A stretch of 64,000 nucleotides of DNA from positions 160,001 to 224,000 of the forward strand of contig CAVVCZ010000006.1 of NCBI GenBank assembly GCA_963746845.1, in the 5' to 3' direction. The stretch is from an uncultured Chloroflexia bacterium. GTDB lineage: Bacteria > Chloroflexota > Limnocylindria > Limnocylindrales > CSP1-4. The notes below the pieces were generated by a model. It was not told the DNA's origin. It ran no database searches and saw only the letters and a list, made by a program, of their open reading frames with translations. This document shows positions 48,496-59,117 of the stretch, one piece after another (the first letter of the stretch is position 1; each line of letters starts with the position of its first letter). The translations under genes were made by a program, and so were the position numbers.

Positions 48496-49278
48496 ATGTG
48501 CTTCGATCTCGACTCCCGCCCGCCGATCACGCCGATCGCCGGCGGCGCCCTGGACTCGTCCGAGCTGACCCTCGACGCCGAGGACGGCAACCGGTTCCGG
48601 GCGTTCCGGGCGCGGGCGACGGGGGGAACCGGTGCGGGGATCGTGATCCTCCCGGATGTGCGCGGGCTCCATCCCTACTACGAGGAGCTGGCCCTCCGGT
48701 TCGCCGAGCACGGCGTCGATGCGCTCGCCATCGACTACTTCGGGCGGACCGCGGGTCTCGGGCGACGCGGCGACGCGTTCGAGCACATGCCGCACGTCGA
48801 GCAGACCACGTGGGCCGGTCTCTCGGCCGACATCCGGGCGGCGGCGCGGAATCTCCGCGATGACGACGAGGGGCGCGTCGACGCCCTGTTCGCGACGGGC
48901 TTCTGCTTCGGCGGTCGCCTGGCGTTCCTGACGGCCACGCTCGGGATCGACCTCGCCGGGTCCATCGGCTTCTACGGCATCCCGGTCGGGCCGGGCCGCG
49001 CCGACATCCCGGCGCCGGCGGACGTCGCCGACGAGATGCGCAACCCGATCCTCGGCCTGTTCGGCGGCGCGGACGGCGCGATCGGGCCGGACAAGATTTC
49101 CGCGTTCGAGGCGGCCCTGACCGGCGCCCGCGTCGAGCACCGGCTCGTGGCGTTCGACGGGGCGCCGCACAGCTTCTTCGACCGCAAGGCGGACGAGTTC
49201 GCCGATGCGAGCGCCCGCGCCTGGGAGGAGACGCTCACGTTCGTCCGCGGCCACACGCCGAGCGCGATCGAGGCCTGA
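48496..49278 (+). CDS. Dienelactone hydrolase family protein
   Basis: GGAGGT SD; PDVRGL; GFCFGG nucleophile; GGAD; HSFF. Confidence 0.92.
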   Translation: MCFDLDSRPPITPIAGGALDSSELTLDAEDGNRFRAFRARATGGTGAGIVILPDVRGLHPYYEELALRFAEHGVDALAIDYFGRTAGLGRRGDAFEHMPHVEQTTWAGLSADIRAAARNLRDDDEGRVDALFATGFCFGGRLAFLTATLGIDLAGSIGFYGIPVGPGRADIPAPADVADEMRNPILGLFGGADGAIGPDKISAFEAALTGARVEHRLVAFDGAPHSFFDRKADEFADASARAWEETLTFVRGHTPSAIEA

Positions 49279-49280
49279 TC

Positions 49281-49535
49281 GTGGGGTTCCTGAAGCGGCT
49301 GCTCGGCGGCTCCGACGACGCGGCGACGCCGCCCGCGACCGATCCGGCGGTGCCGACGGAGCCAGAGCTCACGCCCGAGGAGATCGAGCGGGCGCACGAG
49401 CTGGAGCTGGCGCGGTTCGAGCAGGACCGGACGACCGATCTCGTCCGGCGTCAGCAGCAGTACAGCGACAAGTCGTGGGTGCCGCCGGCACAGGGCGGCA
49501 CGGTCCGGGCCGGCGACGAAGAGGTGTCCGGCTAG
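49281..49535 (+). CDS. Hypothetical protein
   Basis: MGFLKRLLGG amphipathic N-terminus; 2 bp after the hydrolase stop. Confidence 0.65.
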   Translation: MGFLKRLLGGSDDAATPPATDPAVPTEPELTPEEIERAHELELARFEQDRTTDLVRRQQQYSDKSWVPPAQGGTVRAGDEEVSG

Positions 49536-49717
49536 CGCTTCGCCAGCTTCCAGGCCGACGCGACGAGGACCACGAACACCACGACCGCGAGCATCCCGCC
49601 CGGGAGCGTCCGGTCAAGCGCGCTGACCATGCCGCGGAGCGTGTCGCCGATGAACATCACGGAGCCGGTGACCATGCCGCTGATCCCCGATCCGACCGAC
49701 TGAAAGAGTCCGCCCAT
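49532..49717 (-). CDS. Small membrane protein
   Basis: 61 aa with C-terminal TM; CAGACT 6 nt upstream of ATG. Confidence 0.55.
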   Translation of the reverse strand: MGGLFQSVGSGISGMVTGSVMFIGDTLRGMVSALDRTLPGGMLAVVVFVVLVASAWKLAKR

Positions 49718-49802
49718 GCCCGGAGTCTGGGCTCGCCGTCAATCGCCCCGGACTCCACCGGATGCCACCCCACGGCCGGGGATGTGCACCCGTGCACCGC
49801 GT

Positions 49803-50765
49803 TCAGGCGCGCTTGATCACCTGGGCGCCGTGGTTCAGCGGTGAGACGACCGTGATGTGGCCGGTCAGGTCCGTGTCGGCCGCCGCTGCGCCGAATGCGG
49901 CCTCGATCCGGGTGATCGTCCGGACGCTGTCCGAGAACGCGATGATGGTGGACCCGGCACCCGACAGGCATGCCCCGATCGCGCCGGCGCCGCGCGCGGC
50001 CTCGATGAGCTGCGGCAGCTGCGGGTAGACCTTCGCGCGATAGGGCTCGTGGAGCCGGTCCACAGTGAGGATCCGGAGGAGGTCGAACCGCCCGGTGGCC
50101 ATCCCGGCGACCCCGATCGCGACTCGGGTGAGGTTCGCGATCGCGTCCTCGAGCGGCACGGTCTTCGGCAGGGCCGACCGCATCTCCTTCGTGGGCAGGC
50201 GGAGATCCGGGACGAACAGGACCGCACGAAGGTCCCGCGGCGCGTCGAACCGGAGCGCCTCGACGACGCCGTCGATGATCGCGCAGGCCGTGAACCCGCC
50301 GAGGACGGCCGCGGCCGCGTTGTCCGGGTGCCCCTCGATCTCGGTCGCGAGCCGGATGAGGTCGCCCTGGGTCAGCGGCTCCCCGAGGAGCGCATTGCCC
50401 GCGACGAGGCCCCCGACCGTCGCCGCGGCCGACGAGCCGAGGCCGCGCGCGAGCGGGATCTCGTTGTGCATGTCGATCCGCCAGCCGACGCCCTCCGGCA
50501 TCTCCCCGCGGACCTCGCGGAGGGCGGTCTCGATCCCGAGGACGCAGCGGTTCGTCCGGTCCGACGGCAGCTCGCCCACCCCCTCGCCGTCGACGGTCAG
50601 GTCGATCTCGCCGCGGCTCCACCCGCGGACCTCGACCTCGATCCGGTTCGTCAGGCCGAGCGCCAGACCAAGACAGTCGTACCCCGCGCCGAGATTCGCG
50701 CTCGTTGCCGGGACCTCGACCACGACGCGCCGCCCGTCGAGCTCGGCGAGCCAGTTCGTCACCAT
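49803..50765 (-). CDS. thrB: Homoserine kinase
   Basis: [36 protein letters not shown]. Confidence 0.95.
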   Translation of the reverse strand: MVTNWLAELDGRRVVVEVPATSANLGAGYDCLGLALGLTNRIEVEVRGWSRGEIDLTVDGEGVGELPSDRTNRCVLGIETALREVRGEMPEGVGWRIDMHNEIPLARGLGSSAAATVGGLVAGNALLGEPLTQGDLIRLATEIEGHPDNAAAAVLGGFTACAIIDGVVEALRFDAPRDLRAVLFVPDLRLPTKEMRSALPKTVPLEDAIANLTRVAIGVAGMATGRFDLLRILTVDRLHEPYRAKVYPQLPQLIEAARGAGAIGACLSGAGSTIIAFSDSVRTITRIEAAFGAAAADTDLTGHITVVSPLNHGAQVIKRA

Positions 50766-51847
50766 CCGAGGGCGACCGCCACGCCGCCGACGGTGGGCTC
50801 GGCCCGGATCACGTGGCGATCGGCGATCGCCGCCTCCGCGGTCGCCGGGTCCTTGAGCCCCGTCCCGGTCAGCACGCACACGACGATCGCGTCGCGCGGG
50901 ATCGCGCCCTGCGCGGCGAGCCGGGTCACGCCGGCGACGCTGGCCGCCGACGATGGCTCGCAGAAGATCCCTTCCTCCTCGGCCAGCGCGCGCCACGCGG
51001 CGAGGATCTCGTCGTCGGTCACCGCGTCGATCGCGCCGCCGCTCTCGTCCCGGGCCGCGATCGCCTGACGCCAGGACGCGGGGTTGCCGATCCGGATCGC
51101 GGTCGCGACCGTCTCCGGCTCTTCGACCGGACGCCCGAGCACGAGGGGTGCCGCGCCCGCCGCCTGGAACCCGAGCATCCGCGGGGTGCCGGCCACCGCG
51201 CCGGCGGCCGCGTACTCCTTGAACCCGGTCCAGTAGGCGGTGATGTTGCCGGCATTCCCGACCGGGATCGCGAGGACGTCCGGCGCCCGCCCGAGGTCGT
51301 CGCAGATCTCGAACGCGGCGGTCTTCTGACCGTCGAGGCGGAACGGGTTGACCGAGTTGACGAGCGTCACGGGGTGGTCGTCCTGCTCCGCGAGAGCACG
51401 GACGACCCGGAGGGCAGCGTCGAAGTTGCCGTCGACCGCGACGACGCGGGCACCCGCGATCGTCGCCTGGAGGAGCTTGCCCGCGGCGATCTTGCCGGCC
51501 GGCAGGACGACGACGACATCGAGGCCATGGGCGGCGCCGTACGCCGCCGCCGACGCGGAGGTGTTGCCGGTCGAGGCACAGATGATCGCGCGGGCGCCGG
51601 CTTCGACGGCCTTGGCGACCGCGACGACCATCCCGCGATCCTTGAACGAGCCGGTCGGGTTCTGGCCCTCGACCTTGACGTGGAGACGATCGAGACCGAG
51701 ACGGCCGCCGATCCGGCGGAGCCGGACGAGCGGGGTGAAGCCCTCGCCGAGGCTGACCCGGGGCGTCGCGTCCGTGACCGGCAGGAAGGCGAGGTAGCGC
51801 TCCACGAGCGTCGGGCGGGGCCCGCGGAGGGCGGCCGGCGACGTCAT
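50759..51847 (-). CDS. thrC: Threonine synthase
   Basis: [43 protein letters not shown]. Confidence 0.95.
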   Translation of the reverse strand: MTSPAALRGPRPTLVERYLAFLPVTDATPRVSLGEGFTPLVRLRRIGGRLGLDRLHVKVEGQNPTGSFKDRGMVVAVAKAVEAGARAIICASTGNTSASAAAYGAAHGLDVVVVLPAGKIAAGKLLQATIAGARVVAVDGNFDAALRVVRALAEQDDHPVTLVNSVNPFRLDGQKTAAFEICDDLGRAPDVLAIPVGNAGNITAYWTGFKEYAAAGAVAGTPRMLGFQAAGAAPLVLGRPVEEPETVATAIRIGNPASWRQAIAARDESGGAIDAVTDDEILAAWRALAEEEGIFCEPSSAASVAGVTRLAAQGAIPRDAIVVCVLTGTGLKDPATAEAAIADRHVIRAEPTVGGVAVALGW

Positions 51848-52902
51848 CGCGCGACGGCCCCCGCGAGGTCGCGCGCCGGCGGCAGGCCGGCCCACGTGCT
51901 CCCGAGCCCACGGGCGATCGCCACGAGGTCGCCGAGCACCGCGCTCGACGTGGCCGGGCCGCCCGCTCCCGGACCGCTGAACGCGACCGTGCCGACCGGC
52001 GTCGCGTCGACCTCGATCCGGTTGAGGACCCCGGCCGTGCGACCGAAGGCGGAGTCGGCGAGGACCGCGGTCGGGAGGACGGACGCGACGATCGCGTCGC
52101 CGTCCCGATGCGCGTCGGCGATGAGCTTGAGGACGCGGCCGGTCGCGCGGGCGGCGGCGATGTCGTCGGGCGCGACGCCGGTGATCCCGGGGGATCGGGC
52201 GCCGGGTCCGCGCTCGGCGATCGTCATGACCGTTGCCGGCGCGATCCACGACCCGAACGCGAGCCGGGCGAGGATCACGAGCTTGTTCACCGCGTCGTGG
52301 CCCTCGACGTCACCCGTCGGGTCGGCCTCCGCGTAGCCGGCGGCCTGGGCATCGGCCAGCACCGACGCGTAGTCGCGGCCCTCGTCGGTCATCGCCGTGA
52401 GGATGTAGTTCGTCGTCCCGTTGACGATCCCGCGGACGGCCGAGATCCGGTTCCCCGCGAGCTCGGAGGCGATCGGGCCGAGGACCGGGATCCCGCCACC
52501 GACCGACGCCTCGAACCGGAGTGCGGTGTCGGTCCGGCGGGCGATCCCCTCCAGCTCGGGGCCGTGATGGGCGATCACGTGCTTGTTGGCAGTGACGACG
52601 GCCTTGCCGGCCGCCATCGACGCGGCGATCAGGGTGTGGGCGGGCTCGTCGCCACCCATCAGCTCGATGACGACGTCCGTGTCGGGCGCGGCAACGAGGT
52701 GGGCCGGGGCATCGGTCAGCAGGTCGGCGGGCAGGCCCGCCGCGCGGGCCCGATCGACGTCGCGGACGGCGATCCCCGCGAGGACCAGGGGCGCGCCGTC
52801 GGACGGAGTGAGCTCGGCCGAGCGGTCCAGCAGCGCGCGGGCCACCTCGCGTCCGACCGTGCCGGCGCCGAGCAGGGCCACCCGGAGCGGCGGAGGGCTC
52901 AT
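51844..52902 (-). CDS. hom: Homoserine dehydrogenase (no ACT domain)
   Basis: [45 protein letters not shown]. Confidence 0.94.
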   Translation of the reverse strand: MSPPPLRVALLGAGTVGREVARALLDRSAELTPSDGAPLVLAGIAVRDVDRARAAGLPADLLTDAPAHLVAAPDTDVVIELMGGDEPAHTLIAASMAAGKAVVTANKHVIAHHGPELEGIARRTDTALRFEASVGGGIPVLGPIASELAGNRISAVRGIVNGTTNYILTAMTDEGRDYASVLADAQAAGYAEADPTGDVEGHDAVNKLVILARLAFGSWIAPATVMTIAERGPGARSPGITGVAPDDIAAARATGRVLKLIADAHRDGDAIVASVLPTAVLADSAFGRTAGVLNRIEVDATPVGTVAFSGPGAGGPATSSAVLGDLVAIARGLGSTWAGLPPARDLAGAVAR

Positions 52903-53010
52903 CCGCGCTCTCCGCGCTCGGCTCGTGTCGGCTGCAGCATCCCGCGGAATGGTAGCCGAGCGCGAGCGCGCCCCGAACACCTCGGTGGCCCTCGGCTACA
53001 CTCGCCGCCC

Positions 53011-54036
53011 ATGACGACCGACCTCGCGCCGGCGCCGGCGCCCGCCCTCCAGACGGCCGACGCCCCGCGACCGCGGACGTTCTCCGGCATCCAGCCATCG
53101 GGGATCGTCCACCTCGGCAACGACCTGGGCGCGATCCGCAACTACGTCGCCCTGCAGACGCAGTACGAGGCGATCTACTGCATCGTCGACTACCACGCCC
53201 TCACGAGCACCCACGACCCGGAGCTGCTCCGATCCCGGACCCGCGAGATGGCGGCGGGCCTGCTCGCCCTCGGTCTCGACCCGGAGCGCTGCACGCTGTT
53301 CGTCCAGAGCCACCGGCCCGAGCACACGGAGCTCGCCTGGCTCCTGTGCACGGTGACGCCCGTCAGCTGGCTCGAGCGGACCCCCACGTACAAGGAGAAG
53401 GTCCAGCAGCAGCCGGACGACGTCAACCACGGGCTGCTGACCTACCCGGTTCTCCAGGCGGCGGACATCGTGATCTACAAGGCGTCGCTCGTCCCGGTCG
53501 GGCGCGACCAGGCGGCGCACCTCGAGCTGTCCCGAGAGATCGTGCGCGCCTTCAACCGCCGCTACGGCGACACGTTCCCGGAGCCCCAGGCGGTCTACAC
53601 CGAGGCGCCCGTCGTCCTCGGCACGGACGGCGTGCGGAAGATGAGCAAGTCGCTCGGGAACACGATCGACATCCTCGGCGAGCCCGACCTGATCCGTCGC
53701 CAGGTCATGTCGATGGTCACCGATACCCAGCGGATCAAGCGGACGGATCCGGGCCGACCCGAGGTCTGCAACGTCTGCCAGCTCCAGCGGTTCTTCGGCG
53801 ACGACTACGAGGACCTGTGGGATGGCGAGCGGACCGCCCGGACGGGCTGCGTCGACATGAAGAAGCTGCTGGCCGATCGGATCGTCCGGCGCTACGCGCC
53901 GGCCCGGGAGCGGTACGCGGAGCTCATGGCCCATCCCGCCGAGGTCGACGGGATCCTCGAGTCGGGGGCCGACCGGCTCGCCCCGAAGGCGAGGGCGACG
54001 ATGGACGAGGTGCGCGCGCGCATGGGCCTGCGCTAG
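53011..54036 (+). CDS. trpS: Tryptophanyl-tRNA synthetase
   Basis: SGIQPSG..HLGN, YPVLQAADI, VPVGRDQ..H, KMSKS. Confidence 0.95.
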   Translation: MTTDLAPAPAPALQTADAPRPRTFSGIQPSGIVHLGNDLGAIRNYVALQTQYEAIYCIVDYHALTSTHDPELLRSRTREMAAGLLALGLDPERCTLFVQSHRPEHTELAWLLCTVTPVSWLERTPTYKEKVQQQPDDVNHGLLTYPVLQAADIVIYKASLVPVGRDQAAHLELSREIVRAFNRRYGDTFPEPQAVYTEAPVVLGTDGVRKMSKSLGNTIDILGEPDLIRRQVMSMVTDTQRIKRTDPGRPEVCNVCQLQRFFGDDYEDLWDGERTARTGCVDMKKLLADRIVRRYAPARERYAELMAHPAEVDGILESGADRLAPKARATMDEVRARMGLR

Positions 54037-54154
54037 CCGGTCCAGGACCGCGGATGCAGCCGGGGTGCAGACGCGACGGCTACCATGACCCCCGAGGGAG
54101 GGGCGCCGTCCCTTCCCGAGTGAGCCGTCGCGCGCGCCGAGGTGGAACCCGAGG

Positions 54155-55333
54155 ATGCTGAGCCCGACCGACCGGCAGCAGCGCTGGCTGACGGCCGTCC
54201 TCATCCTCGGCACGGTCGTCCTCGCGATGGTCGCCGTCCAGCTCGCGGCGACGGTCTTCTTTGCCCTCGGCGACGTGATCCTCCTGTTCTTCCTCGCCTG
54301 GCTCCTCGCGTTCATCCTCAGCCCGATCGTGGCCGGACTGACCCGGCTCGTCCCCGTCCTGCCGCGGATCGGGGCGGTCGTCCTGGTCTACGTGACCCTC
54401 GTCGGTGCGATCGTCCTTGTCATCGTCCTCGTCGCGGGCGCGCTCGCCCAGTCGATCGCCTCGTTCATCGCGGGCGTGCCGGACCTCAGGGACCAGCTGC
54501 CGGTGATCCTCGCGCCGTGGCAGGACTGGCTGAAGTCCCTCGGTTTCGACCAGGTCAACCTCGTCGTCCAGGCCCAGAGCTTCCTCGACAACCTCGCGAC
54601 CTACGCGGTCCAGCTCGCCGGGCCCGTGCAGCAGCTCGCGGTCGCGAGCATCGGCGCGCTCGGCAGCGTGCTCCTCGTCCTGATCCTGTCGCTGTACATG
54701 GTGGTCGACCGCGACCAGATCCTGTCGTTCATCTTCCGGATCGTCCCGCCGGCCCGGAAGGACGAGGCCCGACTCCTCGAGCGGAGCGTGTCGCGCTCGT
54801 TCGGCGGCTTCCTGCGCGGCCAGGCGATCCTCGGCGTCACCTATGGCGCGATCGCGGCCCTGACCAGTGCCGTCCTCGGTCTGCCGTTCCTCGCCGTCAC
54901 GAGCGCGACCGCGGGCGTCCTGATGTCGATCCCGTTCTTCGGGCCCTTCGTCGCCTGGGCGCCGCCGGTCATCGTCGCGATCCTCACCCCCGGCGAGCAC
55001 TGGCTGCCGGCCGCGATCCTCATGGGGGTCGGCTGGCTGATCGTCATGAACGTCCTCCAGCCGCGGCTGATGCAGGAGAGCGTCGGCATCCATCCGCTCG
55101 TCGTCCTGGGTTCCGTCCTGATCGGGAGCAAGATCGCGGGGATCACGGGGGCGATCTTCGGGATCCCGATCGCGGCCGTTCTGTCGGCCTTCTTCTTCTA
55201 CTACCTCGCTCTGACCCGCGAGCCGACCCAGGTCACCGCCCGCGCCGCCGCCCGGGTCGAGGCGCGCGAGGGCCGCAAGGTCCGGATCCCGAGCGAGCCC
55301 GTGCCCGGCATCGATCCCGACGTCACCGCCTGA
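54155..55333 (+). CDS. AI-2E (PerM) family transporter
   Basis: Polytopic; AFILSPIV, FLRGQ, IPFFGP, LQPRL..SVGIHP, GAIFGIP. Confidence 0.9.
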   Translation: MLSPTDRQQRWLTAVLILGTVVLAMVAVQLAATVFFALGDVILLFFLAWLLAFILSPIVAGLTRLVPVLPRIGAVVLVYVTLVGAIVLVIVLVAGALAQSIASFIAGVPDLRDQLPVILAPWQDWLKSLGFDQVNLVVQAQSFLDNLATYAVQLAGPVQQLAVASIGALGSVLLVLILSLYMVVDRDQILSFIFRIVPPARKDEARLLERSVSRSFGGFLRGQAILGVTYGAIAALTSAVLGLPFLAVTSATAGVLMSIPFFGPFVAWAPPVIVAILTPGEHWLPAAILMGVGWLIVMNVLQPRLMQESVGIHPLVVLGSVLIGSKIAGITGAIFGIPIAAVLSAFFFYYLALTREPTQVTARAAARVEAREGRKVRIPSEPVPGIDPDVTA

Positions 55334-55337
55334 GCCC

Positions 55338-56342
55338 GTGCCGGACGACGACGCGACACCGGCGGGAGATGGCCGGCCGGACATGACCCGCGAACGGGCG
55401 CGGACGGAGCGGCGCGACCTCGACAAGGAGCGCGGCGAGCCGGTCGCGGGCGGGGTCGAGGGCGGCGTCGCGCGCGGCGGGCCCCGCGCCCTCCGCCCCA
55501 CCGCCGGGCCGCTCCGCGACTGGTCGACGCGGCCGAAGATCCTCATCACGAACGACGATGGTGTCGAGTCGCGAGGCCTGCTCGCCCTCAAGCAGGCGCT
55601 GGATCCGATCGGCGACACCACCGTGGTCGCCCCGGACACGAACCAGAGCGCGGTCGGCCACACGAAGACCCTGATGCGGCCGCTCCGGATCCGGGAACGA
55701 ACGCTCGGCGACGGCTCGATCGCGTACTCCGTGGACGGCAGCCCGACCGATGCGGTGAGCATCGCCTTCCTCGGCTATTTCGGTCACGGGTTCGACCTCG
55801 TGGCCTCGGGGATCAACTACGGCGCGAATCTCGGCGACGACATCACCTACTCGGGCACCGTCAGCGCCGCGATGGAGGCGGTGATCAACAGCTGCCCGGC
55901 CTTCGCGATCAGCCAGGAGTATTACGAGCACCCGGACTTCGTCCTCGCCGCGGCCGCGGCGACGATCGTGGCCCGGAACATCCTCGAGCACGGCCTCTCG
56001 CGCGGGGAGCTGATCAACGTCAACGTCCCCGCCGTGAGCATCGAGGAGTGCGAGGGCATCGAGGTCACCCGCCTCGGCCGGCGCGTGTACCAGGATCAGC
56101 TCGTCGAGCGGCTCGATCCGCGCGGGATCCCCTATTTCTGGATTGGCGGCCCGCCGCCCTCGGGCCTCGCGGTCGTCGGCACGGACTTCCACGCGGTCGT
56201 CCATCGCCGGATCGCGATCACCCCGATCCACCTCGACCTGACCGGCCGGTCCCTCCTCCGCCGGCTGAAGACCTGGTCGTGGCCGCAGCCGACCGCGGAA
56301 GGCGAGGGCGACGGCCAGCGACGACAGATCGATCCCGGTTGA
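55338..56342 (+). CDS. surE: 5'/3'-nucleotidase SurE
   Basis: ILITNDDG, VAPDTNQS, GSPTD, SGINYGANLG..YSGTVSAA; start could be 55383. Confidence 0.93.
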   Translation: MPDDDATPAGDGRPDMTRERARTERRDLDKERGEPVAGGVEGGVARGGPRALRPTAGPLRDWSTRPKILITNDDGVESRGLLALKQALDPIGDTTVVAPDTNQSAVGHTKTLMRPLRIRERTLGDGSIAYSVDGSPTDAVSIAFLGYFGHGFDLVASGINYGANLGDDITYSGTVSAAMEAVINSCPAFAISQEYYEHPDFVLAAAAATIVARNILEHGLSRGELINVNVPAVSIEECEGIEVTRLGRRVYQDQLVERLDPRGIPYFWIGGPPPSGLAVVGTDFHAVVHRRIAITPIHLDLTGRSLLRRLKTWSWPQPTAEGEGDGQRRQIDPG

Positions 56343-56388
56343 TCACAATGGCCCGACGAGCGCCGCACGCACCACAGGGGGACGGGCC

Positions 56389-56835
56389 ATGGACTTCTCG
56401 AATCTCGTCAGCGGTCTCACCGGGGGCGCCGGCACCGACATGATCGACCCGACCGCCGCCGTCGCCAGCGTCCAGCAGCTGATCGACGACTCAGGCGGTG
56501 TCGATGGCCTGCTCAAGAAGCTCGAAGACGGCGGCCTCGGCGAGCAGGCGAAGTCGTGGGTGTCGACGGGCGAGAACCAGCCGGTCGAGCCGGAGCAGCT
56601 GGCCAATGCCCTCGGTCCGGAGACCGTGAACAAGCTGTCCGCGACGTCCGGCCTGTCGGTCCAGAGCCTGCTGCCGCTCCTCGCGATGTTCCTGCCGATG
56701 CTGATCAACCACCTCACGCCGAACGGGCAGAAGCCCCAGCCCGGGAGCGCGCAGAACCAGCCGGACATCGGCGGGATGCTCGGCGGGCTGCTCGGCGCGG
56801 GCGGGCTCGGGAGCATCCTCGGCGGCGGCCAGTAG
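56389..56835 (+). CDS. YidB/DUF937-like protein
   Basis: GG..GLLKKL..GGLG..AKSWVSTGEN.PV; LP.LI..LTPNG. Confidence 0.85.
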   Translation: MDFSNLVSGLTGGAGTDMIDPTAAVASVQQLIDDSGGVDGLLKKLEDGGLGEQAKSWVSTGENQPVEPEQLANALGPETVNKLSATSGLSVQSLLPLLAMFLPMLINHLTPNGQKPQPGSAQNQPDIGGMLGGLLGAGGLGSILGGGQ

Positions 56836-56917
56836 CCGCTCCCCACCGTCGAATGTCGTAGACCGTCGGCGTCGTCCGACGGCTGACCGGGCGGCGACGC
56901 GCGGCGACGATCCGGGC

Positions 56918-57490
56918 ATGGATCAGGACGCGTCCATTGTCGCCGCCACGGCCCGGGTCTCCCGCCTGCTCGAGACCGAGCCGGTGGTCTGGCTCAGCAC
57001 GGTCCGGCCGGACGGGCTGCCCCACCTCGTCCCGATCTGGTTCAGCTGGGACGGCGAGACCGTCCTGATCGCGAGCAAGCCGCACGCCCGCAAGGTCGCG
57101 AACCTGCGCCTGAACCCGCGCGTGATGCTCGCGCTCGGCGAGCCCGAGGAGGACTTCGACGTCGGCCTGCTAGAGGGCGTCGCCGAGATCCTCGATGCGC
57201 CCGCCTCCGAGGCGCTCCCCGCCGAGCACCTCCGCAAGTACCGCGACGAGATGGCGGCGATCGGCCTCGACCGCGACGAGTTCCTCGCGACCTACTCGCT
57301 GGTGATCCGGATCCGGCCGACCCGGTTCTTCCCGTGGCACGGTCGGACGACCCCCGCGAGCGCGGGGCCCGGCTGGACGCGCGCCGATCGCCGGCTCCAG
57401 GCGGCCGTTCGCCGCGTCGCCGCGGCGGTCGCAGGTGAGAGCACGTTGGCCCCGGGACCGATCAAGCTCCGCACCGCTCCGATCGGCTGA
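56918..57490 (+). CDS. Pyridoxamine 5'-phosphate oxidase-like (possibly F420-binding) protein
   Basis: WLSTVRPDGLPHLVPIWF; KVANLR.NPRV. Confidence 0.85.
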   Translation: MDQDASIVAATARVSRLLETEPVVWLSTVRPDGLPHLVPIWFSWDGETVLIASKPHARKVANLRLNPRVMLALGEPEEDFDVGLLEGVAEILDAPASEALPAEHLRKYRDEMAAIGLDRDEFLATYSLVIRIRPTRFFPWHGRTTPASAGPGWTRADRRLQAAVRRVAAAVAGESTLAPGPIKLRTAPIG

Positions 57491-57509
57491 GTGTCCACCA
57501 GCCGACGAC

Positions 57510-59117
57510 CTAGCGTCGGCGCTTCAGGACCGACAGGATCTCGCGGGCCGCGTTCTGACCGGGGCCGCCGGTGATCCCGCCGCCCGGATGGGCGCCGGAG
57601 CCGCACAGGTAGAGCCCACCGACCGGCAGCCGGTACCGGCCGCTGCCGAGGAACGGCCGCCAGACGAACCACTGGTCGAGCGTCTGCTCGCCGTGAAGTG
57701 GGTGGCCGCCGGTCAGGCCGTAGTCGCGCTCCAGGTCGAGCGGGGTGATCACCTCGCGGGCCCTGACGCTCGCGGTCAGACCCGGCGCGAGCCCGTCGAG
57801 CACGCCGACGACCCGGTCGGCGAACGCATCGGCACGGCCACCCTCGTCCCAGGCGCTGTCGCGCAGCCGCGCCGGGGCGTACTGCGCGAGGACGCTCATC
57901 ACGTGCGTCCCGTCCGGGGCACCGTCCACGAGCGACGGGTCGACGAGGGACGGGATCGTCGCCTCGAGGATCGGCGTGTCCGACGTCCGGCCGTATTTCG
58001 CGGCATCGAACGCCCGCTCGATCGGGTCGATCCCGGGCGCCGCCAGGATCCGGCCGCGGAGGAGCTGGGCGTCGTCGCCGGTCGCGGCGGTGAACCGCGG
58101 CAGCCGATCGAGCACGAGGTTGACCTTCGCGACGACACCCGGCGTCCGGTAGTTGCCGGCGCGCCAGCGCATCGACGGGCCGAGCGTCACCGGATCGACG
58201 AGGTCCACGAGCGTCCGCTTCGGATCCAGCCCGGAGATCACGGTTGAGGCTTCGATCTCCTCGCCGGAGGCGAGGGCGACGCCGGTGACCCGGTCGTCGC
58301 GGGCGACGACCGAGACGACATCCGCACCACACCGGATCTCGCCGCCCGCCGCCCGGACCGCGGCCGCCAGTGCCTCCGACAGCGCGCCCGGTCCGCCGAT
58401 CGCGAACACGGTCTGGCCGGCGGCGCCGCCGTCGGTCCCGGCCGAATCGCCGAGCAGGATCGCCGTCGATCCGGCCGACCACGGCCCGAGGAACGAGTGC
58501 CGGACGCCGCGCCACGCCACCGCCGCCCGCAGCGCGTCCGTCTCGAATGCCTCCGCGACGAAGTCCGCGACGGCCATCGGCAGGACGCGCAGGATCGTGT
58601 GCGAGTCGTGCCTGCCGAGGCCGCGGAACGTCCGGCCGATCTTCAGGCCGGCGAGGGCGTCGCCGAGACCGGGCGACTTGATGTCGGGCGGCGTCTGGCC
58701 GGCGAGCTCGGCGAGGAACGAGCCGAGCGAGCGGACCAGCCGGTCGAAGCCGGGCCACGCGTCGGCGTCGGCGGCGCTCCACGACCGGAGACCCTCGACC
58801 GTGCGGGCCTGGTCGGCCCACAGGGTGATGGCGCGGCCATCGGGCTGCGGCGCGAACACGCGGACGTCCGGCGCGACGAGCCGAAGGCCGTGGGTGCGGA
58901 GATCCAGGTCGCGGACCACCGAGGGCCGGATCCGCCCGACCGTGTCCGCGAGCCGCGGGATCCGGACGCCGCCGAGCTCGGTCGTCTCGGCCGCCCCGCC
59001 GACGTGGTCGCGCCGCTCGAGGACGAGGACCCGCCGGCCGGCCCGTGCGAGGTACGCGGCGGTGACGAGGCCGTTGTGGCCGCCGCCGATGACGACCGCG
59101 TCACGCGTCGCAGCCAT
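57510..59117 (-). CDS. Phytoene desaturase-family FAD oxidoreductase (second of tandem pair)
   Basis: IGGGHNGLV.AAYLA; TPLDLER; GLYLCGSGAHPGGG. Confidence 0.88.
   Translation of the reverse strand: MAATRDAVVIGGGHNGLVTAAYLARAGRRVLVLERRDHVGGAAETTELGGVRIPRLADTVGRIRPSVVRDLDLRTHGLRLVAPDVRVFAPQPDGRAITLWADQARTVEGLRSWSAADADAWPGFDRLVRSLGSFLAELAGQTPPDIKSPGLGDALAGLKIGRTFRGLGRHDSHTILRVLPMAVADFVAEAFETDALRAAVAWRGVRHSFLGPWSAGSTAILLGDSAGTDGGAAGQTVFAIGGPGALSEALAAAVRAAGGEIRCGADVVSVVARDDRVTGVALASGEEIEASTVISGLDPKRTLVDLVDPVTLGPSMRWRAGNYRTPGVVAKVNLVLDRLPRFTAATGDDAQLLRGRILAAPGIDPIERAFDAAKYGRTSDTPILEATIPSLVDPSLVDGAPDGTHVMSVLAQYAPARLRDSAWDEGGRADAFADRVVGVLDGLAPGLTASVRAREVITPLDLERDYGLTGGHPLHGEQTLDQWFVWRPFLGSGRYRLPVGGLYLCGSGAHPGGGITGGPGQNAAREILSVLKRRR

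Noticed and set aside
49803-51911. 702-aa ORF suggesting an N-terminally extended ThrB
   Set aside because: The upstream portion is an alternative frame of thrC; thrB starts at 50765, overlapping the thrC stop
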